Below, piece by piece: positions 49,536 through 61,076 of a stretch of DNA of 64,000 nt (positions are counted from its first letter, which is position 1; each line of letters starts with the position of its first letter). The DNA comes from Anthoceros angustus. Taxonomy: Eukaryota; Plantae; Anthocerotophyta. The stretch spans positions 558,001 through 622,000 of the forward strand of contig MU008174.1 in NCBI GenBank assembly GCA_010909165.1, in the 5' to 3' direction. Both the position numbers and the translations under genes were made by a program. The notes under the pieces are model-generated. The model ran no database searches and was not told the origin of the DNA. It saw only the letters and a list, made by a program, of their open reading frames with translations.

Positions 49536-50791
49536 GACTTTCGACTCACTCCAAGTTCGGCATGTCTCCACCTCCGATCATGCTGTTTTAAACAAAACGA
49601 AAGGTATCACACGTACTTCATATTTCTAAACTATCGCCAATCGCCTTTGTACGCCTTGTCGATCGAGTCCCGCATAAATGTCACATTCTCGAGTTCGCAT
49701 CATCGCTGCCTTCACCAAAATAGTCTCCTTCGATATTCATTAGTGAAAACGCAGGATCTTCGGTTGTTTGTTGTGGCAGTCCTGCTCATCCCATAATCAC
49801 CGCCAAGAATTCGCTTGAGGGGCCGCTGTCTCTTTGAGTTCTTTCTGCCTGCTGACCCTTCTTACCCATTAAGTCAGAACCTGCAACTTCCTTTCTGTGG
49901 TACCGTTAGCGAAAATTTCTTTTGCTCAGAATTTTGATATCCCTCTTGTAAACTTCTCTGTTGTGGTCTCCTCATCAGCATCTGGAAGCTGCTCCAGGCT
50001 GTTCACCCTCTGTGGAATGTACATGGCACACCTGGGATCATTTTCGACTGCCACAACATTCCTCCCACTTCTGATGGCAGCCACCAAAAAGCTGCCTGAC
50101 CCGGCGCAAGCATCCACCACCCAGTCCTTCTCATTGCTGAACATGTTAACAAGCATGGTCATCAATCCCTGTGGCTTTTGATATGGACAAACCACCGCTT
50201 GTCGTTAGCCAGAAAATGAGTTTCTTCACGGCCCATGCCGGATAACTCGAAGGACATCGGTTGTATTCGCTTGCAAATGCCAAGGCGGGCGCGCTTGGAG
50301 CGAGGTAGCGGTGAAGGCACGAACGGCGCAAAGCTCCCGCAACCCTAAGTCGTGCATGTTGGAGTGGAGCGGGGGCATCGTGGAGCTTGGAGTGGAGTTG
50401 GAGTTATGCTGTGCGACTCGTGAGCGGGGCGCCTATTAGGGAGATGATGATAGGGATTCCTTTCGCCGGCTTCAAAGTGGGAGTGTTGAGGAGATCAAGG
50501 GAATTTTGAGGAGTAAAGGTCTAGGGAAAACGGCTTAGACCACAAAGCCCTTTAAGGCTATGGGGATACACAATGCGCACCCTCCCAAAGCCCATCTTTA
50601 GTTTTGAATGTTTGGGTCGGAGGAATCCCATCAAAATAGACAAAAACCATTAAACTTAACGATCGGAACAAGAAGATTGTTTATGAGTGCGCCGGTATAC
50701 CGGCGCACTGACTTTCGACTCACTCCAAGTTCGGCATGTCTCCACCTCCGATCATGCTGTTTTAAACAAAACGAAAGGTATCACACGTACT

Positions 50792-53782
50792 TCATATTTC
50801 TAAACTATCAGTTGCACTGTCTTTGTACGCTTCCTTGTCGACTGAGTCCCGCACAAATGTCACATTCTCGAGTTCTGCATCATCGTCGTCTTCACCAAAA
50901 TAGTCTCCTTCGATATTCATTAGTGAAAACGCAGGATCTTCGGTTGTTTGTTGTGGCAGAGTCCCGTTCTCATCCCATACTGTCACTGCCAGCAATTCAG
51001 TTGAGGGGCCGCTGTCTCTTTGAGTTCTTTCTGCCTGCTGACCCTTCTTACCCATTAAGCTGTAAACCTGCAACTTCCTTTCTGTGGTACCGTTAGCGAA
51101 AATTTCTTTTGCTCAGAATTTTGATATCCCTCTTGTAAACTTCTCTGTTGTGGTCTCCTCATCAGCATCTGGAAGCTGCTCCAGGCTGTTCACCCTCTGT
51201 GGAATGTACATGGCACACCTGGGATCATTTTCGACTGCCACAACATTCCTCCCACTGATGGCGCCACCAAAAGCCGCTCGACCAAGCATCCACCACCAGT
51301 CCTTCTCATTGCGAACATGTTAACAAGCATGGTCATCAATCCCTGTGGCTTTTGATATGGACAAACCACTGCTTTGTCGTTAGCCAGAAAATGAGTTTCT
51401 TCACGACAGTTCCATGCCGGATAACTCTGGGAAGGACATCGGTTGTATTCGCCTTTGCAAATAAAGAGGCCCTGGGAACATTCGATATACTCCGTACTCC
51501 GCTGCCGACAGTGATGAACTCCACAGTCTCCACTATCCCTGTGTTCGGGGGAATATTTGTTTTTTCCCATACCAACGTTTGAATCGCTCCTTTCCTACAC
51601 AGTCGCTTCAGAGCCTCCCTCGCCAAGGACAGGTCATCCACGCCATGCATAAGAATGACTCTAAACACATCAGAAGTTGCCTCTAAACCTCCAGAGCTTT
51701 GCTGCTCGCCTTCGTCTTCTGTGGATAACGGCAGAACTGGGACCTCATCCTCTTCAACCTCGGCTTACATTCTCCTGACCATTATGCCTTCCTCTTCCTC
51801 GATTGTGAGAGGCTGCGCAAACTGGACTTGAGCAGAAGATTGCCTTGCCAAGACTGCAAGGCGCTCGACTTCCGCACGGTTTGATTGGACTCCTTGTGAA
51901 ACAAACCGTAATGCTCGATAGAATTGCTCCCCGTCATTCACCACAACATAAGTTCTTACAAACCCTAAAAATTCAAACATGCATATCGTATGGCAACGCC
52001 GCACGCACGCCTTCCAATCGAACGGAAAACCGAAGAGGGTCTCTAATGTACGCCGTTCACATCGCCGAATCGCAATTGTTTGCGTCTAGCACAAACATGA
52101 TATGACTATCTACATCATCAGTGATATGAAACTGAGGATGTAAAGTTACCAAAAAGTGAAGGAACATTTCGTCATCCACTCCATCCACCGTCACCCACAT
52201 GATCCACCCTACACGCTTTCTCATCCTCGGATTTCCTTCATAGCCATTTACCCATAACGCCATAAGTGGATTCCAAGGAGTTGACTCGTCTTCCGGCTCC
52301 ATGTCATCGTGAGACCACTCCTTCTCTATTAAGAAGCGCTTTTTCAAACTTTCTGCAATCGCCTCACCTTCCGCAATTCTTGGAAGTTGTAAGGATTAGG
52401 AGAACCCAATCCAGCCCACTTCCCCAGTACTCCCTCCTGCTGGATTCCATTGTGCATCCCCAATCATGTCCACATTACCGGCTTGCTTTGATGTGGAAGC
52501 ACGCACTTCCATGAGACGATCTTTCCTCGCGAAATCGCCTATGCCGGAATTGGAGGCGAGATGCCGTGAGCACTGTGGATTTATTCTGCCAGACGCCGCT
52601 CTTGCCTTTGCCTCGAGCTTCATTCCTTGTTTTCTTCAACCGTTTGGGCAGCTCCAGAGCCTCCCTCGCCAAGGACAGGTCATCCACGCCATGCATAAGA
52701 ATGACTCTAAACACATCAGAAGTTGCCTCTAAACCTCCAGAGCTTTGCTGCTCGCCTTCGTCTTCTGTGGATAACGGCAGAACTGGGACCTCATCCTCTT
52801 CAACCTCGGCTTACATTCTCCTGACCATTATGCCTTCCTCTTCCTCGATTGTGAGAGGCTGCGCAAACTGGACTTGAGCAGAAGATTGCCTTGCCAAGAC
52901 TGCAAGGCGCTCGACTTCCGCACGGTTTGATTGGACTCCTTGTGAAACAAACCGTAACAGCGTTCGATAGAATTGCTCCCCTCCCTGTCATTCACCACAA
53001 CATAAGTTCTTACAAACCCTAAAAATTCGAAACATGCATATCAGGTATGGCAACGTCTGCACGTACGTCTTCCAATCGAACGGAAAACCGAAGAGGGTCT
53101 CTAATGTACGCCGGTTCACATCGCCGAACTGCAGCTTGTTTGCGTCTAGCACAAACATGATATGACTATCTACATCATCAGTGATATGAAACTGAGGATG
53201 TAAAGTTACCAAAAAGTGGAGGAACATTTCGTCATCCACTCCATCCACCGTCACCCACATGATCCACCCTACACGGGCTTTCTCATCCTCGGGATTTCCT
53301 TCATAGCCATTTACCCATAACGCCATAAGTGGATTCCAAGGAGTTGACTCGTCTTCCGGCTCCATGTCTACTGTGACAGACCACTCCTTCTCTATTAAGA
53401 AGCGCTTTTTCAAACTTTCCTGCAATCGCCTCACCTTCTGCAATTCTTGGAAGTTGTAAGGATTAGGAGCGAACCCAATCCAGTTCCACTTCCCCCAGTA
53501 CTCCCTCCTGCTGGATTCCATTGTGCATCCCCAATCATGTCCACATTACGCTGGCTTGCTTTGATGTGGAAGCACGCACACTTCCATGAGACGAATCTTT
53601 CCTCTGCGAAATCGCCTATGCTGGAATTGAGGGGCATGCCGTGAGCACCGTGGATTTATTCGCGACGCCGCTCTTGCCTTTGCCTGAGCTTCATTCCTTG
53701 TTTTCTTCAACCGTTTGGGCAGCTCCAAAGCCTCAACCACCTTTGTATCTACAGCTTTCTTGCTCCTGCGTCCGCTCGCCAT
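50792..53782 (-). CDS. Beta-class N4-cytosine/N6-adenine DNA methyltransferase-like gene, broken by frameshifts and duplications (duplicate 3' part at 49620-50270)
   Basis: TLVWEK..ETVEFI, then CPYQKPQGLMTMLVNMFSNEKDWVVDACAGSGSFLVAAIRSGRNVVAVEND, match the HPxxKP..S..GD.VLDPFxGSG..AA..GR..GxE signature. Catalytic (D/S)PPY not located. Confidence 0.8.
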
Positions 53783-55442
53783 GGAAACTAACGGCCTTGT
53801 TTAGGAAGGGAAAAGAAAGGAAGGTGGCATGTGCTGGTAAGAGTGTCTTGTCTCTTCACCAAAATGAATTGGAGGGAACACTCATTTCAAACACCCAAAT
53901 TCGTCGGGATATTAGGGAACGGAAACATGTCCTTGTAAAACCAAAATTAGTAATGAAACAACAAACCTTTGAAGGCGGATCAGATTTGAGTGGATCCTGT
54001 TGGCACCAAGAGAATGACAACACGAATCACGACATATCTTCCAACTGGAAACACTCATTAAGAAATGGGGTTTCCCATACAATTATATCCTCGCGGTTTC
54101 TTTGAATCTGCAGTCATCGCGAACATGTTGCGTGCTTGGAAAGAGTTCGTACAAAGCATCCCCATTCCTCCCCCTGTGAACCATTTGGAGGAAGGAAGAC
54201 AAATGGAGAAGTCTGCAGAACAAGTTGGCGATATATGTGCTGAAAGTAGCGGAGGGAAACGGGTGGAAACGCTGAGCCATTCTGTTGTGATGTGTTGATG
54301 ATGTCTTCATTTCTTTGACACTCCGGACGTCCTTGTTTACAGAGGCGAGATGGTGACCAAAGGGCTCCTAACGAAGTGACCGAAGATGAAAGTGATGAAG
54401 GTGAGGCCACTGCATCCCCAATCATGTCCACATTACGTACCGGCTTGCTTTGATGTGGAAGCACGCACACTTCCATGAGACGATCTTTCCTCGCGAAATC
54501 GCTATGCCGGAATTGAGGGGCGATGGCGCGTGAGCACTGTGGATTTATTCGTGACGCCGCTCTTGCCTTTGCCTCGAGCTTCATTCCTTGTTTTCAACCG
54601 CTTGGGCAGCTCCAGCCTCAACCACCTCTGCATCTACAGCTTTCTTGCTCTCGCCGCCATGGAAACTAACGGCCTTGTCTAGGAAGGAAAAGAAAGGAAG
54701 GTGGCATCTGGTAAGAGTGTCTTGTCCCTTCACCAAAATGAATTGAGGGAACACTCATTTCAAACACCAATTCGTCGGGATATTAGGAACGAAACATATC
54801 CATGTGCAACCAAAATTAGTAATGAAACAACAAACCTTTGAAGGCGGATCACATTTGAATGGATCTGTTGGCACCAAGAGAATGACAACACGAATCACGA
54901 CATATCTTCCAACTGGAAACACTCATTAAGAAATGGGGTTTCCGTTGTACAATTATATCCTCGCGGTTTCTTTGAATCTGCAGTCATCGCGAACATGTTG
55001 CGTGCTTGGAAAGAGTTCGTACAAAGCATCCCCATTCCTCCCCCGTGAACCATTTGGAGGAAGGAAGACAAATGGAGAAGTCTGCAAGTTGGCGATATAT
55101 GTGCTGAAAGTAGCGGAGGGAAACGGTGGAAACGCCGAGCCATTATGTTGTGATTTGTTGATGATGTCTTCATTTCTTTGACACTGGACGCCCTTGTTTA
55201 CAGGCGAGATGGTGACCAAAGGGCTCCTAACGAAGTGACCAAGATGAAAGTGATGAAGGTGAGGCCACCGCATCCAACAACGCAAATACGACCTCACATC
55301 GCTTAAAGTCGTGTAATATGTTTCATGTCATTGGATCAGAGCACAGAACTGTGAGCGTCTGCGGATCTCCAGCAATCTCCAAATCCTTAATGATGTCTCC
55401 AAGAGCGCCTTTTGATGCCATTCACAGTGTGCACCAAGAGTA

Positions 55443-58304
55443 TTGCCACCATACAGTCCGGAAGTTCAAAAGACCACGCCGCTGGGAATGCGAAGACGGG
55501 AAGAAGAAGAGCCTCGTATCATATTCAGTGCTTCTCTCGGCGTAAACGTGAATGCAGATGTCAGGCCCCCCATATCTCGACGACATCTGTTTAAACCTCC
55601 GGAGGCACATACACTTCAGTGTGATGATGATCTTTCCAGCAGTGACTCAGGGGATTTCCAAGTCGAGCCACCTCGCAGACGGACTTTTAATATGAAGCCA
55701 AGATCAGAAACATTTATTGAAACGCGGACCCAGCGACAGGGAAAAAAGAAATCCAAGGTGCCGGAACTCAAATGCTTGGAAAGTCGTATCTCGTGATTTG
55801 AAAGTTGTATTGTGCTAAATCTTATACCGCTAGGTAAACCCACCTTCCGAGACACGAGATATCGCTTTCCTTCGGATGAGTAGGCGGAGCAGAAACGTTT
55901 TGCAATCACTTTTCTTTTCATCAAGCGTAAACATAGCGGAGTGAAGGTGGAGACTTTAGTTGGAAGAGCGAGTTCATCTTTGTCAAGCATTTAGGAGGGT
56001 GTTTTGTATAGGTTCAAATCGGCACGGCGGCCAAGGAGAGAGCCGCAGATAATATACCATGGTCTGCCCTCCTCCGGTATGAGAGGCAACCGACGTACCA
56101 TGCTTCCACTGCAGTGGCGTGGATGAACCTGTTGTTCATGTTAATCGCAGAGCGGGTGCCAAATGTTGAATCGTATCACCTTCCGGACTCTTATACCAAA
56201 GGAGAAATATTTCAAGAATACAGCGGGCTGGCCAGTACAATATTTCACACTCCTACTTTTGCCAGTTGTGGCAGAATCACTTCCCGAAAGTAAGGATCCC
56301 AAAAAATAATCGTTTTGCAGCTTGTGCTACATGCGACTACCTTAAACGGAAGATCAGGAGCGAGAAAGAACGCGTGAAACAAGGTACGATGTTGTTTGAA
56401 AATTGAGTGCGCCAGATACCGCGATCCGAAAGGTCATAGCCAAGTGCGCCAGATACCGCACTGAGTCGGCAAGTGCGCCAGATACCAACAAGACTTGGCC
56501 ATTCTCATTTGCACTTGCTACAGATGCCATGTTCCCAGATTGTTGCCATATTAAACAGCATGTTGTTCCTTGGTTCATTGAGCGTGTAAGAATATGAAGC
56601 CGATTTGCGAAACCACAGAGAGCGTTTAAAAGCAGAGAGGGAAAAGTGCATGAAGCATCGGGTCAAGTGTTATGCAAACCCCGCACGGTATCTCGGACTC
56701 TCTATAGACGGAATGGACCAACAGAAGACACAGCTTCCACATTTCATGCATCTGCCAAAGAATATGGCAGACACTCCGCTTCTTGACGTCCATGTTGTTG
56801 GCTGTCTTGTATACAACTATACTATGTCAGCAAAATTGTTCATCGAGTTTGGAAATATCAGGAACGACGCAAACCTGACAATCGCCATCATACAACATGT
56901 TATATTGAACTACAAGGGTTTACTTCCGAAGGTGTTATATTTGCAACTGGACAACACGACACGTGAAAATAAAACGCCTCGCTCGCCTACCTTAACATGT
57001 TGGTGTCATAGTCTTTGAGAAGATCAAGGTAGGCTTCCTCCTTGTTGGCACACCCATGATCAGAGACCAAATGTTCTCCGATTGACCGCTAAGGCATAAG
57101 GAGGCTTTTACCTTGCCCAAACTCACCTATGTGTTGGAAAGTGCTTATACGCCAAACCCACAGATTGTATTGGTGCCTGAAGTCCCTGATTTTAGAAGGT
57201 ATGTTTGGCCCATCCCTAATGGCAGGGCTGGCTACCAACGGGTAGTCAGTGCATCGATTGCACAACATTTCTTTTCAAAGATCCCAAAATAACTCGAGAG
57301 GAGAGGGAGGAACGCGGTTTCATTACGGTGATGCGAGGTAAACAATATTCAACTGATAATTACTGGTCCACCAATGAAGGCCTCGAGTTCTTGAAGCATG
57401 TGCCAGAATGACCAATTTTTGCTGCCCCTCTGATGTCTTTGGAAGTAAGGAGCAAAAAAGCACATGCTGAAGGAAGAGATGCTGAAAGGTCATTGTCAGT
57501 TATCCGGGCCAAATTGGAGGAGAAATTAAAAGACATTTTGGGCGACGGCGAAGATGTGTGGTGGAAATCGTTTTGGGAAGAACAAGAGGGCATTGTGGAA
57601 AATATAAATTCAGGGTCCGTACAGGAATTGAAGAATCCTTGGCGATGGTATAATCGAGAAGAAGCAGAGATCCTGCAGCATCCTGTTTCTGCTCCGGATG
57701 TTGAAGTCCTTCCTCATCCATTGCTGCGAAAAGTGCATAGACGAGACATGTATGTAGGAACCTATCGGAACAATGGTTTCCGACGAAGAGAGCAAGAGAG
57801 GTTAAATGGTGATATTTCGGAGATTGCGGCGGAAATATGATAGCGCCTTGCGAAATGATGCGCCAATCGTCCTTTTCTCGGATTGCAAAGGTCCTTCACA
57901 TAGATTTCGAAAAGCGAATCACCTTTCATGAAAGTTCACCGTGGGTGACACAGAACACAGACGCTTTTGAAGGAAGGTACATGGAAGAGATGATATTGCC
58001 AGACGAAGTGCTTTTAGGGCACGGTACAAGGCGTTGCAGGCAAGGCACTAGAAGGTCAAAGAAGAATGTGCAGATGCTGATCATTGCTGATACATTTGTT
58101 TTGGCCTATGGGTTTGAACTAACTCGAACTAAACAGCTGAAGGCCCAAACACGTTCAATCATCAGGCGAAATCTTATGACGCTCCGCTCCGTGCAAGAAG
58201 ATGTGCCAATGGAGGCGAACCAAGACCGTGGAAGGGCGAACAACGACGACGATCAGGTGGCTATTGAAGACGACGATCATGTGGCTATTGAAGACGACCC
58301 TTAG
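55443..58304 (+). CDS. DDE transposase, Sola-like, spliced, frameshifted; 5' exons may extend to ~53990
   Basis: YHLPDSYTK..LWQNHFPKVRIP..ACATC; in-frame GT-AG intron 56384-56590; LSIDGMDQ, LYLQLDNTTRENK, and FLLVG(H)THD..DQMFS at ~57032-57080. Confidence 0.85.
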
Positions 58305-58351
58305 CTTCATGTACATCCTTTTCTTGACCGGTTTACATGAGTGTGACGTGG

Positions 58352-58373
58352 GGGCCCCGGTATACCGGCGCCC
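58352..58373. promoter_or_regulatory. 22-bp palindrome GGGCCCCGGTATACCGGCGCCC with one mismatch
   Basis: Same CCGGTATACCGG core as 49512; lies just after the transposase stop. Confidence 0.65.
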
Positions 58374-60342
58374 TCCCCTCTCATTCATGTATACCGATGA
58401 AGCCAAATGCAACCATTCAAACGCACGTATATGCACTTGGACGACACACATGAGTCGGAACATGATGGAAGGACAAGAGGGAAGTACGAGAAATTTGTGC
58501 GGCTAAATATCCCACAAACATGTCCAAGTCGCCTCTCTGTCTGGAGTACATGTCACAGCTCATACACCACCCCCGATGCGGGTAAATGGATTCCAGCCTT
58601 TGACAGTGTAAACAGGGTACAAGTTTATCATGACAATAAAATGTAGTTTTCTTGACTTCCATCGTTCCATCGGATCCAGAGTTGGCAGATTCGTGGATCC
58701 CAGCATGTAAGGCCATGATTTTGTTGTATCTCAGTTTTGGCCTGTTTTTACAGGAGAAATTGGGTTGTTTTGCATAAAAGCCCAAAATAGCGGAATAAGC
58801 CGTTTTTCCCTGGACACTGTTGAGTTTAGAGGTTGGAGCGAGTTGGCATGTTGACTGAGGTTCTAGAGTGGAGCTTGAGGGGCTAAAGGCCACCCCTTGG
58901 TGGTTGTGCGGGAGCATTGGCGTTGTGGGGCACAAGGAGATCTCCTTGTTTGCTGGCCCACCCTCGTCTCTATCTTTTGCTCACCCGCTTCCTTAGTCTG
59001 ATAGCTTGCTTTTCTTCCTCTCCAACTACTATCCTTATTTCTGCTCAACTTGTGTAGATGGTGAAGATTGTAAGGACAGGAGGTGGAGGTACTCCCACCC
59101 ATGGCCAATGGGCGGGCAGGAGGCCAATGCCTCGTACACCTCCCAGTAGAGGCAAGGGGAAGAAGAACCCCATTCCCGAGCTTGATTGCAAGAATATCTA
59201 AATCTCACCTCTAGACTTGGATGCTTTTGAGAGATATGCTGAGGAGTTGAAGATGGAATGGCTGTACCTAATGCCAGGATGGGATTATTCAAGTCCTGCA
59301 TTGGTACAGGAGTGTGCCCGACGGCTAAGAGCCACGAGAGGGGATTCAAAAATCCCAAAAGATACAACCATTCGGAGCCATCTAGGGATGTGGAAAGTGT
59401 GACACTTCCAACAAACCTATTTGATGTCAGAATTGCGCACAAGGGCAGAAACATATCATCCGCCGAGTTCTCAAAAAGTCAAATTCCGTAGGCAGCCATG
59501 GAAATGTTCTTACGGCCTAAGGAGGAAGTTTGGTCCCATCGAAATGGCCGGAGGGTATCCATGTTTAAGGAGTGCAAATGGAACCTATTTGCCAAGATAT
59601 GGCTAGGACTCATTTGCGTAGTCAGGAAGACCTATTTGGTGAATTCTCATCTTATGATGATATATGAGATGTCTGAGGGAAAGTTGGTGGATTGGGCAAG
59701 CGTCCTATATGAGCAGGCCGTTGCTCACAGGAACCATCTGACATCGGACAAAGCAAAGATCAACTTCATATAGATCAGCCTGGTTCATCTGTATCAAAGG
59801 GAGGAGGTTCTCAAAGCTGAGGAGTTGGATCGAGACCTCCTTGGTACGAGGGAGCCCGCTCTTGCGACAGAGGACCCGAAAGAGATAGAGAGCAGACCAA
59901 CTTCACCACCACGAGCCATTGATTAATTTGGAAATCCCAAATTAATCAATGAATCCTTAGCTATTGGAAACAAATATCTAGCGATCCACCTCCTTGGGAA
60001 GATGAATACTCGGGTATTTGATGACGAATAAACAATAAGATCCTCTTTGTCATTTATCATAAATGTTATCAACTTGTCATTTGATTGTTATTGTCAAAAT
60101 ATTATTTTAATATAATATTATCTAATTATCAATTACGTTTTAAAAAAATTGTCTAAAGAACTGGCCTAAGTGGCCTCTTACATACAATCCATGAATAGCT
60201 ACAGAGTTTACGAACATACCCTCCACCAAAACTCTGACAAATGTCTCCAACACCACCCAGTACCACATCTCCCACCAACCCGGCCAGTCTCAAAACCTTC
60301 TAGCCCTAGCTATATAATCAGGAATAGGTTAACACAACCCAG

Positions 60343-60760
60343 CATGCCCGAAACTACCCACCAGAGCAGCACTTCAACCATGGCCGCTGTGGCCGCATTC
60401 TGACAGCATTCCGACAGTTGAATCTACTACCTCTCCTCATTCAAGGTGCATTGTTCTGTACACTAGCTAGACCTCATCGCTCCCATCTCCCCATAGGGCG
60501 CCCAAGCAGAGGCCAAGCCCCATGCATGGCCGTTGTGGCCGCATTCCGACCGTCGACCCTGCTACTTCTCCTCATTCTGGGTGCATTGTTCTGTATACAA
60601 GCTAGACCTCGTCGCTCCCATCTCCCCACAAGTCGCCCAAGCACAGGCTGAGCCCCAATTGCGAGAAGCTCACTGAGCTGAGCTTCTTCCTGCACGATGA
60701 CGTGGATGTGGCCAACTCCAGCTCCTTTTTTGTGTTGTAGCCCATAACCGGCTTCCGATA
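60343..60760 (+). pseudogene. Dirigent pseudogene with a duplicated signal-peptide segment
   Basis: MPETTHQSSTSTMAAVAAF*, a second MAVVAAFRPSTLL unit, ELSFFLHDDVD, then a stop. Confidence 0.82.
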
Positions 60761-61076
60761 AAGTCTCTTTGTATATCTATAGGTCTAACCCTTAAATCTT
60801 GCCTAGCCCGATCTAAAATCTAAACTGGCCAGTCTTCTTTCGGATATAGTAATTCTGCATACTTAGAAGAAAAGAAGAATTTTATTTGAGTCCACTAAGG
60901 ACGAATTTCCGTCAAGGGACTTGTACTTCACACCATGGTGTGCCTTAACTACTTACACCCAGGGCATCTACTCCCTTTAGGCACCCCATCTAAGTACCGA
61001 TATATGCGCAGGGTGCTTAATAACGACGTTCTTATGAATGTGTGTCCATCTGGCCTGAGCCATTTGGACATTTTGA

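Larger units (their letters stand above)
49322..58821. mobile_element. TIR DNA transposon (Sola-like) carrying a transposase and a DNA methyltransferase-like gene
   Basis: Left end AACAGTGTCTAGGGAAAAACGGCTTA (49322-49347) is the inverted repeat of TAAGCCGTTTTTCCCTGGACACTGTT (58796-58821), 25/26 match. GAGT duplicated at 49318-49321 and 58822-58825. Confidence 0.9.
48208..59915. mobile_element. Probable LTR-retroelement fragment (48208-49321 and 58822-59915) interrupted by the DNA transposon
   Basis: Begins with TG where homology to 12985 stops. The decayed + strand ORF at 59200-59900 (EGKLVDWASVLYEQ) resembles plant retroelement accessory ORFs. Flanks rejoin across the GAGT TSD. Confidence 0.5.

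Noticed and set aside
50510-50540. Second left TIR suggesting a nested element
   Set aside because: It is a degraded copy inside the 49056/50271 tandem duplication and includes the same flanking host sequence.
49926-53782. Bacterial contamination or a restriction-modification operon
   Set aside because: The gene lies inside a TIR/TSD-bounded element with a spliceosomal intron in the partner gene and is embedded in plant repeats; no endonuclease gene is visible.
49322-58821. hAT classification from CAGTG-like termini
   Set aside because: The TSD is 4 bp rather than 8 bp, and the transposase motifs (DGMDQ, QLDN, GHTH) are not hAT-like.
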